From Limisphaerales bacterium (GTDB lineage Bacteria; Verrucomicrobiota; Verrucomicrobiia; Limisphaerales; UBA11358), in assembly GCA_052140285.1 (NCBI GenBank), contig JBKQUF010000168.1:1-62106 (forward strand): DNA of 62,106 nucleotides, given 5' to 3'. Position numbers and translations under genes: made by a program. This document shows, one piece after another, positions 26,682 through 34,827 of this stretch (positions are counted from its first letter, which is position 1; every line of letters starts with the position of its first letter). The notes beneath the pieces are model-generated. The model was not told the origin of the DNA. It saw nothing but the letters and a program-made list of their open reading frames with translations, and did no database searches.

Positions 26682-29186
26682 ATGAGTGAAGAGTCCATGA
26701 GCAATTTTACTCCGCGGGCGCAGCAGGTGCTGGCGCTGGCGCGGAAGGAAGCTGATCGCTTCAACCACAACTATCTTGGCACAGAGCATCTCTTGCTCGG
26801 ATTGATCAAGCTGGGGCAGGGGGTCGCCGTCAATGTGCTTCAGAAAATGGGGCTGGATCTCGAGACCGTCCGCATGGCCGTGGAAAAAAAGACCGGCAGC
26901 GGTCCCGACCAAAAGATGATGGGCAACATCCCCTATACTCCGCGCGTCAAGAAGGTGCTGGCGCTGGCGGCCAAGGAAGCCAAGGGGCTGAACCATACTT
27001 ACGTGGGCACCGAACATATTTTGCTCGGCCTCTTGCGCGAGGGCGATGGCATTGCCGCGCAGGTGTTGCGCGATCTGGACGTGGACATCGAGCAGACGCG
27101 TCAGGAGATTTTAAAGGAGTTGGACCCCAATTTTACCGCCGAAGAGGCCTCCCTGCCGGAGCCGGGCGAAAAGGCACCCGCCGGCGGCGGCGAGAAAAAA
27201 GGCGAAGTCAAGACGCCCGCCTTGAAGGCGTTTGGCCGTGACCTGACCGAAATCGCCCGCAAGGGCGAAATGGACCCGGTCATTGGACGGAAAAACGAGA
27301 TCGAGCGCGTCATCCAAATCCTGTGCCGTCGTACCAAAAACAATCCCGTGCTGCTGGGCGAAGCGGGGGTGGGCAAGACCGCCATTGTCGAAGGTCTGGC
27401 CCAGGAAATTGCCAAGGGCAACGTCCCGGAAATTCTCCTGGCCAAACGCGTCATCACCCTTGATTTGGCGTTGATGGTGGCCGGCACAAAATATCGCGGC
27501 CAGTTTGAAGAGCGCATCAAGGCTGTCATGGATGAAATCCGCCGCGCCAAGAATGTCATACTTTTCATCGACGAACTGCACACCATCGTCGGCGCCGGGA
27601 GCGCTGAGGGGACCATGGACGCCAGTAATATCATCAAGCCCGCTCTCTCGCGCGGCGAAATGCAATGCATCGGCGCTACCACGCTCAATGAGTATCGCAA
27701 GTACATCGAGAAGGACGCCGCCCTCGAACGCCGTTTCCAGTCGGTCAAGGTTGAAGCTCCGTCCGTTGATGATGCCATCGAGATTCTCAAGGGGCTGCGT
27801 CACAAATACGAGCAGCACCACAAGGCTGAATTTACCGATGATGCGGTCGAGGCGGCGGTGAAGTTTTCCGACCGTTACATCACCGACCGTTTTCTGCCCG
27901 ACAAGGCGATTGATGTCCTGGATGAAGCCGGTTCACGCGCGCGCATCGGCACCATGACCCGCCCGCCGGAGTCCAAGACCATCGAGGCGGAGATTGAAGA
28001 AATCAAAACCCAGAAAGAGCGCGCCATTAAGAACCAGGATTTCGAAGGTGCCGCCGCGATGCGCGACAAGGAAAAGCAGGCGAAGGAAAAGCTCGAAAAT
28101 CTTTTGAAAGAATGGCGCACCCACCGCGAAGAAAAACGCGTGGTCGTCGGCGAAGAGGACATTTTGCACGTCGTTTCCAAATGGACCGGCGTCCCCCTCA
28201 AGCGGATGGGCCAGGATGAAATGGCGCGGCTGCTCAACGTGGAGAGCGAAATGGAAAAGGTGGTGGTCGGCCAGCGCGAAGCGGTTTCCGCCATTTGCAA
28301 GGCCCTTCGCCGGTCGCGCGCGGATTTGAAAGACCCGCGGCGCCCGATTGGCAGCTTCCTCTTGCTCGGCCCCACCGGCGTCGGCAAGACGCTCCTGGCC
28401 AAGACCCTCGCCGAACAGATGTTCGGCGACACCAAAGCCCTCATTCATTTGGACATGAGCGAGTACATGGAGAAATTCAATGTTTCGCGCCTCATCGGTT
28501 CTCCGCCCGGCTATGTCGGTTATGAGGAAGGCGGCCAATTGACCGAAAAAGTCCGGCGTAATCCGTACTCCGTGGTCCTGTTCGATGAAATCGAAAAGGC
28601 GCATCCCGATGTTTGGAACATCCTCTTGCAGATTCTCGAGGATGGGAAATTGACCGACAACGTCGGCCGCGTCGTCAATTTCCGCAATACCATCATCCTG
28701 ATGACCTCGAACGTCGGCTCCGACACCATCAAACGCCAAAGCTCGATGGGCTTTTCCCCGATCAGCGACGAAGCCAGCTATGAGAAAATGCGCGAGCGGA
28801 TTTTGGACGAATCCAAGCGGACCTTCCGTCCCGAATTTTTGAACCGCCTTGACGACGTGATTGTGTTCCGTTCGTTCACCAAGCCCGACCTCATCCATAT
28901 TTTGGATTTGGAAGTCAAAAAGGTTTTGGAACGGCTGCGGAATAAGCGCTTCGCGCTCAAGCTGGACGAAAAATCCTACGAGTTCCTGGTGGAAAAGGGC
29001 TACAGCCCGGACTTCGGCGCCCGCCCGATGCGCCGCGCGGTGGAGCGCTTTCTCGAAGACCCGTTGGCCGAGGAAATCCTCAAGGGCGCCATCCACGAAG
29101 GCGATCCCGTGGAGGTCACTCGCGAAGGCGACAAGCTCATCTTCAAGCAAACCGCCCCCGCCGCGGGCGCGACGGCGGCGAGTTGA
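26682..29186 (+). CDS. clpC: ATP-dependent Clp protease ATP-binding subunit ClpC
   Basis: Two Clp_N repeats ([18 protein letters not shown]). NBD1 [18 protein letters not shown] linker [16 protein letters not shown]2 [17 protein letters not shown]. The start could be Met6 (26697). Confidence 0.95.
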   Translation: MSEESMSNFTPRAQQVLALARKEADRFNHNYLGTEHLLLGLIKLGQGVAVNVLQKMGLDLETVRMAVEKKTGSGPDQKMMGNIPYTPRVKKVLALAAKEAKGLNHTYVGTEHILLGLLREGDGIAAQVLRDLDVDIEQTRQEILKELDPNFTAEEASLPEPGEKAPAGGGEKKGEVKTPALKAFGRDLTEIARKGEMDPVIGRKNEIERVIQILCRRTKNNPVLLGEAGVGKTAIVEGLAQEIAKGNVPEILLAKRVITLDLALMVAGTKYRGQFEERIKAVMDEIRRAKNVILFIDELHTIVGAGSAEGTMDASNIIKPALSRGEMQCIGATTLNEYRKYIEKDAALERRFQSVKVEAPSVDDAIEILKGLRHKYEQHHKAEFTDDAVEAAVKFSDRYITDRFLPDKAIDVLDEAGSRARIGTMTRPPESKTIEAEIEEIKTQKERAIKNQDFEGAAAMRDKEKQAKEKLENLLKEWRTHREEKRVVVGEEDILHVVSKWTGVPLKRMGQDEMARLLNVESEMEKVVVGQREAVSAICKALRRSRADLKDPRRPIGSFLLLGPTGVGKTLLAKTLAEQMFGDTKALIHLDMSEYMEKFNVSRLIGSPPGYVGYEEGGQLTEKVRRNPYSVVLFDEIEKAHPDVWNILLQILEDGKLTDNVGRVVNFRNTIILMTSNVGSDTIKRQSSMGFSPISDEASYEKMRERILDESKRTFRPEFLNRLDDVIVFRSFTKPDLIHILDLEVKKVLERLRNKRFALKLDEKSYEFLVEKGYSPDFGARPMRRAVERFLEDPLAEEILKGAIHEGDPVEVTREGDKLIFKQTAPAAGATAAS

Positions 29187-29213
29187 CTTGCTGTCATTGA
29201 ATTGCGATAAGTT

Positions 29214-29429
29214 ATGCCCATGACATTGGACCGTGTCTTGACCGAAGCGGAGGCATTGCCTGTCGAAGAACAGGAGATGTTGGAGGGTCTTTTGCGCCAA
29301 CGCCGCATTCAAGCATGGCGGGAAGAAACGGCGTCGGAGGCTAAAAGCGCGGTCAAAGCGCTTCGCGCGGGCAAACTCAAAAGCCAATCTGCCGAGGCTG
29401 TCATCACCCGGTTGCGCCACGGCAAATAA
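29214..29429 (+). CDS. putative type II antitoxin
   Basis: 71-aa ORF ending 3 nt before the RelE-type toxin gene. The assignment rests on position and size only. Confidence 0.5.
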   Translation: MPMTLDRVLTEAEALPVEEQEMLEGLLRQRRIQAWREETASEAKSAVKALRAGKLKSQSAEAVITRLRHGK

Positions 29430-29432
29430 GCC

Positions 29433-29717
29433 ATGCGTGAACTTGTCCTTACGCCTCGTTTCGAACGGGCGTTCCGGCGCGTTGTCAGGAAAAATCCCGC
29501 GTTACAGCCTTTGATCGAAATGGCATTGCGCCGAATGGGCGAAAACCTCGAAGACCCGCGGCTGAAAACTCACCATTTAAGCGGTCAACTTGCCGGATTG
29601 TATGCCTGTTCTGTGGCTTATGATTGTCGCATCGTATTTGCCAGGCAAAGGCGCCCCAAAAGCGAGGCAGAGGATTTGGTGCTTGTTAATGTTGGAACAC
29701 ACGAGGAAGTATATTAG
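29433..29717 (+). CDS. RelE/YafQ/ParE-superfamily toxin
   Basis: 94 aa. MRELVLTPRFERAFRRVVRKNP...LKTHHLSGQLAGLYACSVAYDCRIVF...LVNVGTHEEVY matches the RelE/StbE addiction-module toxin pattern. Confidence 0.75.
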   Translation: MRELVLTPRFERAFRRVVRKNPALQPLIEMALRRMGENLEDPRLKTHHLSGQLAGLYACSVAYDCRIVFARQRRPKSEAEDLVLVNVGTHEEVY

Positions 29718-29841
29718 TCAAAGCTTGTTATTTTACAAGTTTGAAACAAGAGGCGGATTCAAAATCGTTCGTGTTGCTTGACCTAATTGTCACGGAACTT
29801 CTTCTTTTCTTGCGTCTGAAAACCTTTTACGCTGTGGCAAA

Positions 29842-30723
29842 ATGAAAGGCATTATCCTTGCCGGTGGCGCCGGTTCGCGGTTGTATCCGCTCACGCTGGT
29901 CGCCAGCAAGCAGCTCCAGCCGGTTTACGACAAGCCGATGGTGTATTATCCGCTCACGACGCTGATCGAGGGCGGCATCGGCGAGCTTTGCCTCATTTCC
30001 ACGCCCCAGGATTTGCCCCGTTTCCGCCAAATGTTGGGCGACGGCTCGCGCTTTGGGGTGAAAATTGAATATCGCGAGCAGCCCAGGCCCGCGGGCATCG
30101 CCCAGGCATTTTTGATTGCCGATACTTTTATCGGCCAGGACCAGGTGACGCTCATCCTGGGGGACAACATTTTTTACGGCGGCGAAAGTTTTTTGCGGTC
30201 GTTCCGGGAGTTCAAGTCTGGCGCGACGATTTTTGGCTATCACGTCCACGACCCGGAACGATACGGCGTGGTGGAATTCGACGAGGAGGGCTGCGCGATC
30301 TCCATCGAGGAGAAACCGAAATCGCCCAAAAGCAACTACGCGGTTCCGGGTTTGTACATGTACGACAACCAGGTGGTCGAGATTGCGAAAAATCTGAAAC
30401 CGTCCGCCCGCGGCGAATTGGAAATCACCGACGTGAACGTTGCTTATATGCATCGCAAGGAATTGCGGGTGCGGCAGTTGGCGCGTGGCTTTGCGTGGCT
30501 GGACGCCGGCACGAGCAGCAGCTTGCATAACGCCAGCGCGTACGTGCAGACGATTGAGACCCGGCAGGGAATCAAGATCGGTTGTCCGGAAGAGGCGGCC
30601 TTCCGCAACGGATTTCTCACGCTGGACCAGTTGGAAGCGCAGGTCGCGAAAATGCCCAACTGCGAATACCGTGCCTATCTCGTCGATGAGGTCCTGGCGG
30701 AAGCGAAACGATTCAAAAAATGA
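29842..30723 (+). CDS. rfbA: glucose-1-phosphate thymidylyltransferase
   Basis: MKGIILAGGAGSRLYPLT...YDKPMVYYPL...LGDNIFYG...ELEITDVN is canonical RmlA. Confidence 0.95.
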   Translation: MKGIILAGGAGSRLYPLTLVASKQLQPVYDKPMVYYPLTTLIEGGIGELCLISTPQDLPRFRQMLGDGSRFGVKIEYREQPRPAGIAQAFLIADTFIGQDQVTLILGDNIFYGGESFLRSFREFKSGATIFGYHVHDPERYGVVEFDEEGCAISIEEKPKSPKSNYAVPGLYMYDNQVVEIAKNLKPSARGELEITDVNVAYMHRKELRVRQLARGFAWLDAGTSSSLHNASAYVQTIETRQGIKIGCPEEAAFRNGFLTLDQLEAQVAKMPNCEYRAYLVDEVLAEAKRFKK

Positions 30724-30724
30724 T

Positions 30725-31681
30725 ATGATTATCCTCCTCGGCGCATCGGGATATATCGGCGAAGCGTTTGCCACGGAATTGCGGCGGCGAAACCGGGAAT
30801 TCATTCCGCTTTCGCGCCGGCAGGTGAATTACACCCAATTCACGCCGCTGCTGGAATTTTTGAAGGCAAAAAAACCGGAGTTTGTCATTAATTCCGCGGG
30901 CTACACCGGCAAACCCAACGTGGATGCCTGCGAATTGGCCAAGGCCGACACCCTCGCCGGCAATTCGTTGCTGCCCCAAACCATTGCCCACGCCTGCGCC
31001 GCGCTGAACATCCCCTGGGGGCATGTTTCCAGCGGATGTATTTTTAGCGGGGCCAAAATCCTTGAAAATGGCCGGACCCGCGTGGAAAAAGACATGACGA
31101 AACCGGAGTTGCGCGCATTGATTGAGCGGGCGCCGGAAAAAATCCACGGTTTCACTGAAAGCGACACGCCGAATTTTTCCTTCCGTGATTTGCCCTGCAG
31201 TTTTTACAGCGGCAGCAAGGCCCTCGGGGAAGAAGCCATTGCCGGGGTCGGTCACAGTTACCTCTGGCGGTTGCGGATTCCCTTCGACGAATTTGATAAT
31301 GCGCGGAATTATCTGAGCAAGGTCCAGCGATATCCGAAGGTCTATGACAACGTGAATTCCATCTCGCATCGCGCCGACTTTGTGCGCGCCGCGCTGGACC
31401 TTTGGGAAAAACGGGCGCCCAATGGCATTTACAACGTCACCAACCCGGGCTTCATCACCACGCGGCAGGTGGTTGGCCTCGTCGGGAAATACTTGAAGCC
31501 GGCCAGGAAATTTGAGTTTTGGTCGAGTGACGAGGAGTTTTACAAAGTGGCGGCCAAAACCCCGCGGTCCAACTGCGTGATGGACGTCTCCAAACTGCTC
31601 GCCGCCGGGGTGACGATAAGAACGGTCGGGGAAGCGCTCGAAGATTCGCTCAAGAATTGGCAGCCGGAAAACCAAAAATAA
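30725..31681 (+). CDS. NAD(P)-dependent sugar-nucleotide reductase, RmlD-like (possibly an NRS/ER-type epimerase/reductase)
   Basis: ATG lies 1 nt after the rfbA stop. Rossmann start MIILLGASGYIGEAF. YxxxK motif in FYSGSKALGEE. Length 318 aa. Confidence 0.7.
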   Translation: MIILLGASGYIGEAFATELRRRNREFIPLSRRQVNYTQFTPLLEFLKAKKPEFVINSAGYTGKPNVDACELAKADTLAGNSLLPQTIAHACAALNIPWGHVSSGCIFSGAKILENGRTRVEKDMTKPELRALIERAPEKIHGFTESDTPNFSFRDLPCSFYSGSKALGEEAIAGVGHSYLWRLRIPFDEFDNARNYLSKVQRYPKVYDNVNSISHRADFVRAALDLWEKRAPNGIYNVTNPGFITTRQVVGLVGKYLKPARKFEFWSSDEEFYKVAAKTPRSNCVMDVSKLLAAGVTIRTVGEALEDSLKNWQPENQK

Positions 31682-31688
31682 AGAAATC

Positions 31689-32161
31689 ATGAACAACAAA
31701 GAAACCAAGGAACAAAGTTCTGAACTAAAATGGCCGAACTGGAAGCAAGTACGAATCAGTCCAGAAGTGGAAGCGCTCGCCAAAAAGGTTGTGGACTCTG
31801 TGTTTACTGTCCATAGCACATTGGGCCGGGCCTGCTGGAAAGCGCTTATGAAATATGCCTGGGCCATGAATTGACACTACGCGGAGCAAAACATCAACGC
31901 CAGACACCAGTGCCATTGAAATATAAAGATATTGAAATGGAAGTTGGTTATCGCGCAGGTTTTATTATTGAGGATAAACTTTTGCTCGAACTTAAGACGG
32001 TGGACGCGCTCTTGCCCGTTCATACTGCGCAGGTAATCACCTGTTTGCGGCTAAAGAAATATCCGATGGGGTTGCTAATCAATTTCAATGAAGCATTGAT
32101 CAAAAACGGCATTCATCGAATCTTGAATGTGCCTCGTTCGGAGAATGAAGTCATAACTTAG
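31689..32161 (+). pseudogene. GxxExxY protein (PD-(D/E)XK-like), interrupted by a 1-nt frameshift near 31826
   Basis: ORF 31689-31874 ends ...VVDSVFTVHSTLGRACWK.... The other frame gives GPGLLESAYEICLGHELTLRGAKHQRQTPVPLKYKDIEMEVGYRAGFIIEDKLLLELKTVDALLPVHTAQVITCLRLKKYPMGLLINFN.... gggccgggcc lacks one C relative to the expected gggcccgggcc. Confidence 0.8.
31692..31726. repeat. left arm of the inverted repeat bracketing the GxxExxY ORF
   Basis: aacaacaaagaaaccaaggaac (31692-31713) matches the reverse complement of 32161-32182 at 20 of 22 positions. Similarity extends to ~35 nt (about 29 of 35). Confidence 0.75.
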
Positions 32162-32182
32162 TTCCTTTGTTGCTTTGTTGTT
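32148..32182. repeat. right arm of the inverted repeat bracketing the GxxExxY ORF
   Basis: gttcctttgttgctttgttgtt (32161-32182) begins at the last base of the TAG stop. It is the reverse complement of the left arm with 2 mismatches. Confidence 0.75.
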
Positions 32183-32188
32183 AAAAAA

Positions 32189-33205
32189 ATGAACCTGCTT
32201 ATCACCGGCGGCGCGGGATTTATCGGCTCGAACGTGATTCATCACGTGATTGACCGCCCTGAAATCGCCCGCCTCATCAACCTGGATTCCCTGACCTATG
32301 CCGGGCACCTGGCCAATCTCGAAAAGGTTTCCGGCCACCCCAAATACGTGTTCGAGAAGGTTGATCTCCGGGACAAGGCTGAAGTTTTACGGGTCGTCCA
32401 ACAACACGCCATCACCCATGTCATGCACCTGGCGGCGGAATCGCACGTGGACCGTTCCATCACCGGCCCGGGCGATTTCATTCATACCAACGTGGTCGGC
32501 ACCTTTAACCTGCTCGAAGCCTGCCGCGCCTGTTGGGCGGCGGCGAATGCGCCGGGTCCCAACCGCTTTCACCATGTCTCGACCGACGAGGTGTATGGTT
32601 CGCTCGGTCCCACCGGGCTGTTCACCGAGACAACTCCTTATGCGCCGAACTCCCCCTATTCCGCCAGCAAAGCGTCCTCCGACATGCTGGTGCGCGCGTA
32701 TCATCATACCTACGGTTTGCCGACCGTCATCACGAATTGCTCCAATAACTACGGGCCGTTTCAATTTCCCGAGAAATTGATCCCCGTCGTCATCCAGAGC
32801 GTGCTCGCCCGCAAATCGATCCCGGTCTATGGCGATGGGAAAAACGTCCGCGATTGGCTGTACGTCCGCGACCATGCCGAAGCGCTCTGGACGGTCTTGA
32901 TGCGCGGCAAAAACGGTGAGACCTACAACATCGGCGGCCACAACGAATGGGCGAACATCGATATTGTGCGGCTCATTTGCGATACGGTTGATGAATTCGC
33001 TCCGCAGTTGGGCGGCAATTCGCGCCAGTTGATTTCTTTTGTCAAAGACCGGCTGGGGCACGACCGCCGGTATGCCATTGACGCGGGCAAGATTCAGCGC
33101 GAACTTGGGTGGACGCCGGCGCACCAGTTCGAGGACGGCATCCGCGAGACCATCCGCTGGTACCTTGATAACCAGGCCTGGGTCAAAGTGGTTGCCGAAA
33201 AATGA
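32189..33205 (+). CDS. rfbB: dTDP-glucose 4,6-dehydratase
   Basis: [15 protein letters not shown]...DSLTYAG...[15 protein letters not shown]...NCSNNYGP is canonical RmlB. Confidence 0.95.
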   Translation: MNLLITGGAGFIGSNVIHHVIDRPEIARLINLDSLTYAGHLANLEKVSGHPKYVFEKVDLRDKAEVLRVVQQHAITHVMHLAAESHVDRSITGPGDFIHTNVVGTFNLLEACRACWAAANAPGPNRFHHVSTDEVYGSLGPTGLFTETTPYAPNSPYSASKASSDMLVRAYHHTYGLPTVITNCSNNYGPFQFPEKLIPVVIQSVLARKSIPVYGDGKNVRDWLYVRDHAEALWTVLMRGKNGETYNIGGHNEWANIDIVRLICDTVDEFAPQLGGNSRQLISFVKDRLGHDRRYAIDAGKIQRELGWTPAHQFEDGIRETIRWYLDNQAWVKVVAEK

Positions 33206-33241
33206 ACGTTTGGCGGGCGGGTTTTTCAAATCAATGCTATC

Positions 33242-34591
33242 ATGTTTGGCATCCGACAATTGCTATTTTGTTTTTTGGCGGCCTGCGGCTTCAGTGCCGG
33301 CGCCGCGGTCACCAATTCGATTGTCTGGCACCGGGCTTCCGGCGTCGTGGATGCCAATGTACATGACGAGCCGTTGATGCCCGTACTCGGCCGGATCGCC
33401 AGCGATACCGGCTGGCGTGTTTACGTCGAGCCGGGTACCACGAGAACAATCGCGGCCAAATTCCAGGGCCAGCCGTCGGGCGAGGCCCTGCGCATGTTGC
33501 TCGGCAATCTCAACTTCACGTTGTCGCCCGAAACCAATGGGCCGTCACAACTTTACGTCTTCAGCACCGTCGTCCAAAACGCAACGCAGTTGGTCCCCCC
33601 AGCCAAAATAGTCGCTCACCACGTGCCGAATGAACTGCTCGTCAAACTCAAACCGGGCGCGGACATTGAGGCGCTGGCAAAAATGTTGGGCGCCAAAATC
33701 ACCGGACGAAACGACAAAATGGGCTTTTACCGGCTCCAGTTCGCGGACGCGGCGGCCACGGATGCCGCGCTGGCGCAATTGCAGACGAACAGCGACGTGG
33801 AGGGAGTGGATTACAATTACGTGTACGACCCGCCGCCCGCCGTCCAGCCGCTGGCCGCGTCATCGCTCCCGCCGGTTTCCTTGCGGCTCAATCCACCCAA
33901 CGCGTCGGGAAAAATCATCGTCGGCCTCGTGGACACCGCCGTCCAGCCCCTCGACAGTTCTTTGGAAAGCTTTATTCTCAGCCAGCTTTCCGTGGCCGAC
34001 GGCACGCAAGCCGATGGCAGCACGTTGACGCATGGAACAGCCATGGCGGAGACCATTCTGCGCAGCCTGGAGGCGGCCGAGCAGGGGAGTTCCTCGGTGC
34101 AAATCCTGCCGGTGGATGTCTATGGTTCCAGCGCCACCACCACCAGTTGGGACGTGGCGAATGGCCTGGCGCTGGCGGTGAACAACGGCGCGAATGTCAT
34201 CAACCTGAGCCTTGGCGGTTCTGGTGACAGTTCATTTTTAGCTTCTTTGACTCAATCGGCCGCGAAGGACGGTGTTCTGATTTTTGGGGCGGCGGGAAAC
34301 GATTCGTCGTCAACGCCGGAATATCCGGCGGCGGATACGGGAGTGATTTCCGTAACGGCGGAAAGCCAGGGGCAGATTGCATCGTATGCCAATTTCGGTT
34401 CATGGGTGATGTTGGCCGCTCCAGGTTCGAGCGTAGCCTATTTGGGCAGCCAGGCTTGGGAGGTCGAGGGCACGTCGGTTTCGACGGCCTGCATGACGGG
34501 TCTCGCCGCCGGCGCCGCCGACACCACACACCAAACCTGGGCGGCCATCGAGGCGTCCCTGGCCAAGGCGTATCCGGTTCCTGCGAAGTAA
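33242..34591 (+). CDS. secreted S8-family (subtilisin-like) serine peptidase
   Basis: Signal peptide MFGIRQLLFCFLAACGFSAGAA. Propeptide-like LLVKLKPGADIEAL. Triad contexts VGLVDTAV (Asp), HGTAMAE (His), GTSVSTACMTGLAAG (Ser). Confidence 0.85.
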   Translation: MFGIRQLLFCFLAACGFSAGAAVTNSIVWHRASGVVDANVHDEPLMPVLGRIASDTGWRVYVEPGTTRTIAAKFQGQPSGEALRMLLGNLNFTLSPETNGPSQLYVFSTVVQNATQLVPPAKIVAHHVPNELLVKLKPGADIEALAKMLGAKITGRNDKMGFYRLQFADAAATDAALAQLQTNSDVEGVDYNYVYDPPPAVQPLAASSLPPVSLRLNPPNASGKIIVGLVDTAVQPLDSSLESFILSQLSVADGTQADGSTLTHGTAMAETILRSLEAAEQGSSSVQILPVDVYGSSATTTSWDVANGLALAVNNGANVINLSLGGSGDSSFLASLTQSAAKDGVLIFGAAGNDSSSTPEYPAADTGVISVTAESQGQIASYANFGSWVMLAAPGSSVAYLGSQAWEVEGTSVSTACMTGLAAGAADTTHQTWAAIEASLAKAYPVPAK

Positions 34592-34827
34592 TAAATGATC
34601 AGGCTGCGTGCTGCGGTGCCCGGTCGCATTTTTTTCTCGCCGACAAACACCAGATGATTTATATTGGCGCATCAGTCGGAATGAATCGAATGTCTTCGTG
34701 ACCGTTCAAAGAAGCCATCCTTAGATCCAGTTCCTGCCAGTGTGGTGAAGTCGTTTTTGTTCGATGATGCCCATTTTAGCCAACGCCAAATGGACCACTT
34801 TGATGAATCAATGCAGCGCATATTTTT

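Noticed and set aside
27933-29420. Long antisense ORFs opposite well-supported genes. Examples: 27933-29420(-) opposite clpC, 35434-36966(-) opposite the radical SAM gene, 39268-40674(-) opposite topB, 16248-17528(+) opposite DUF58, 29827-30804(-) opposite rfbA, 32387-33259(-) opposite rfbB, 8793-9605(-) opposite the response regulator.
   Set aside because: These are typical stop-poor shadow frames of GC-rich coding DNA. Their translations are Arg/Gly/Ala/His-rich with no motifs, while the opposite strand carries unambiguous family signatures.
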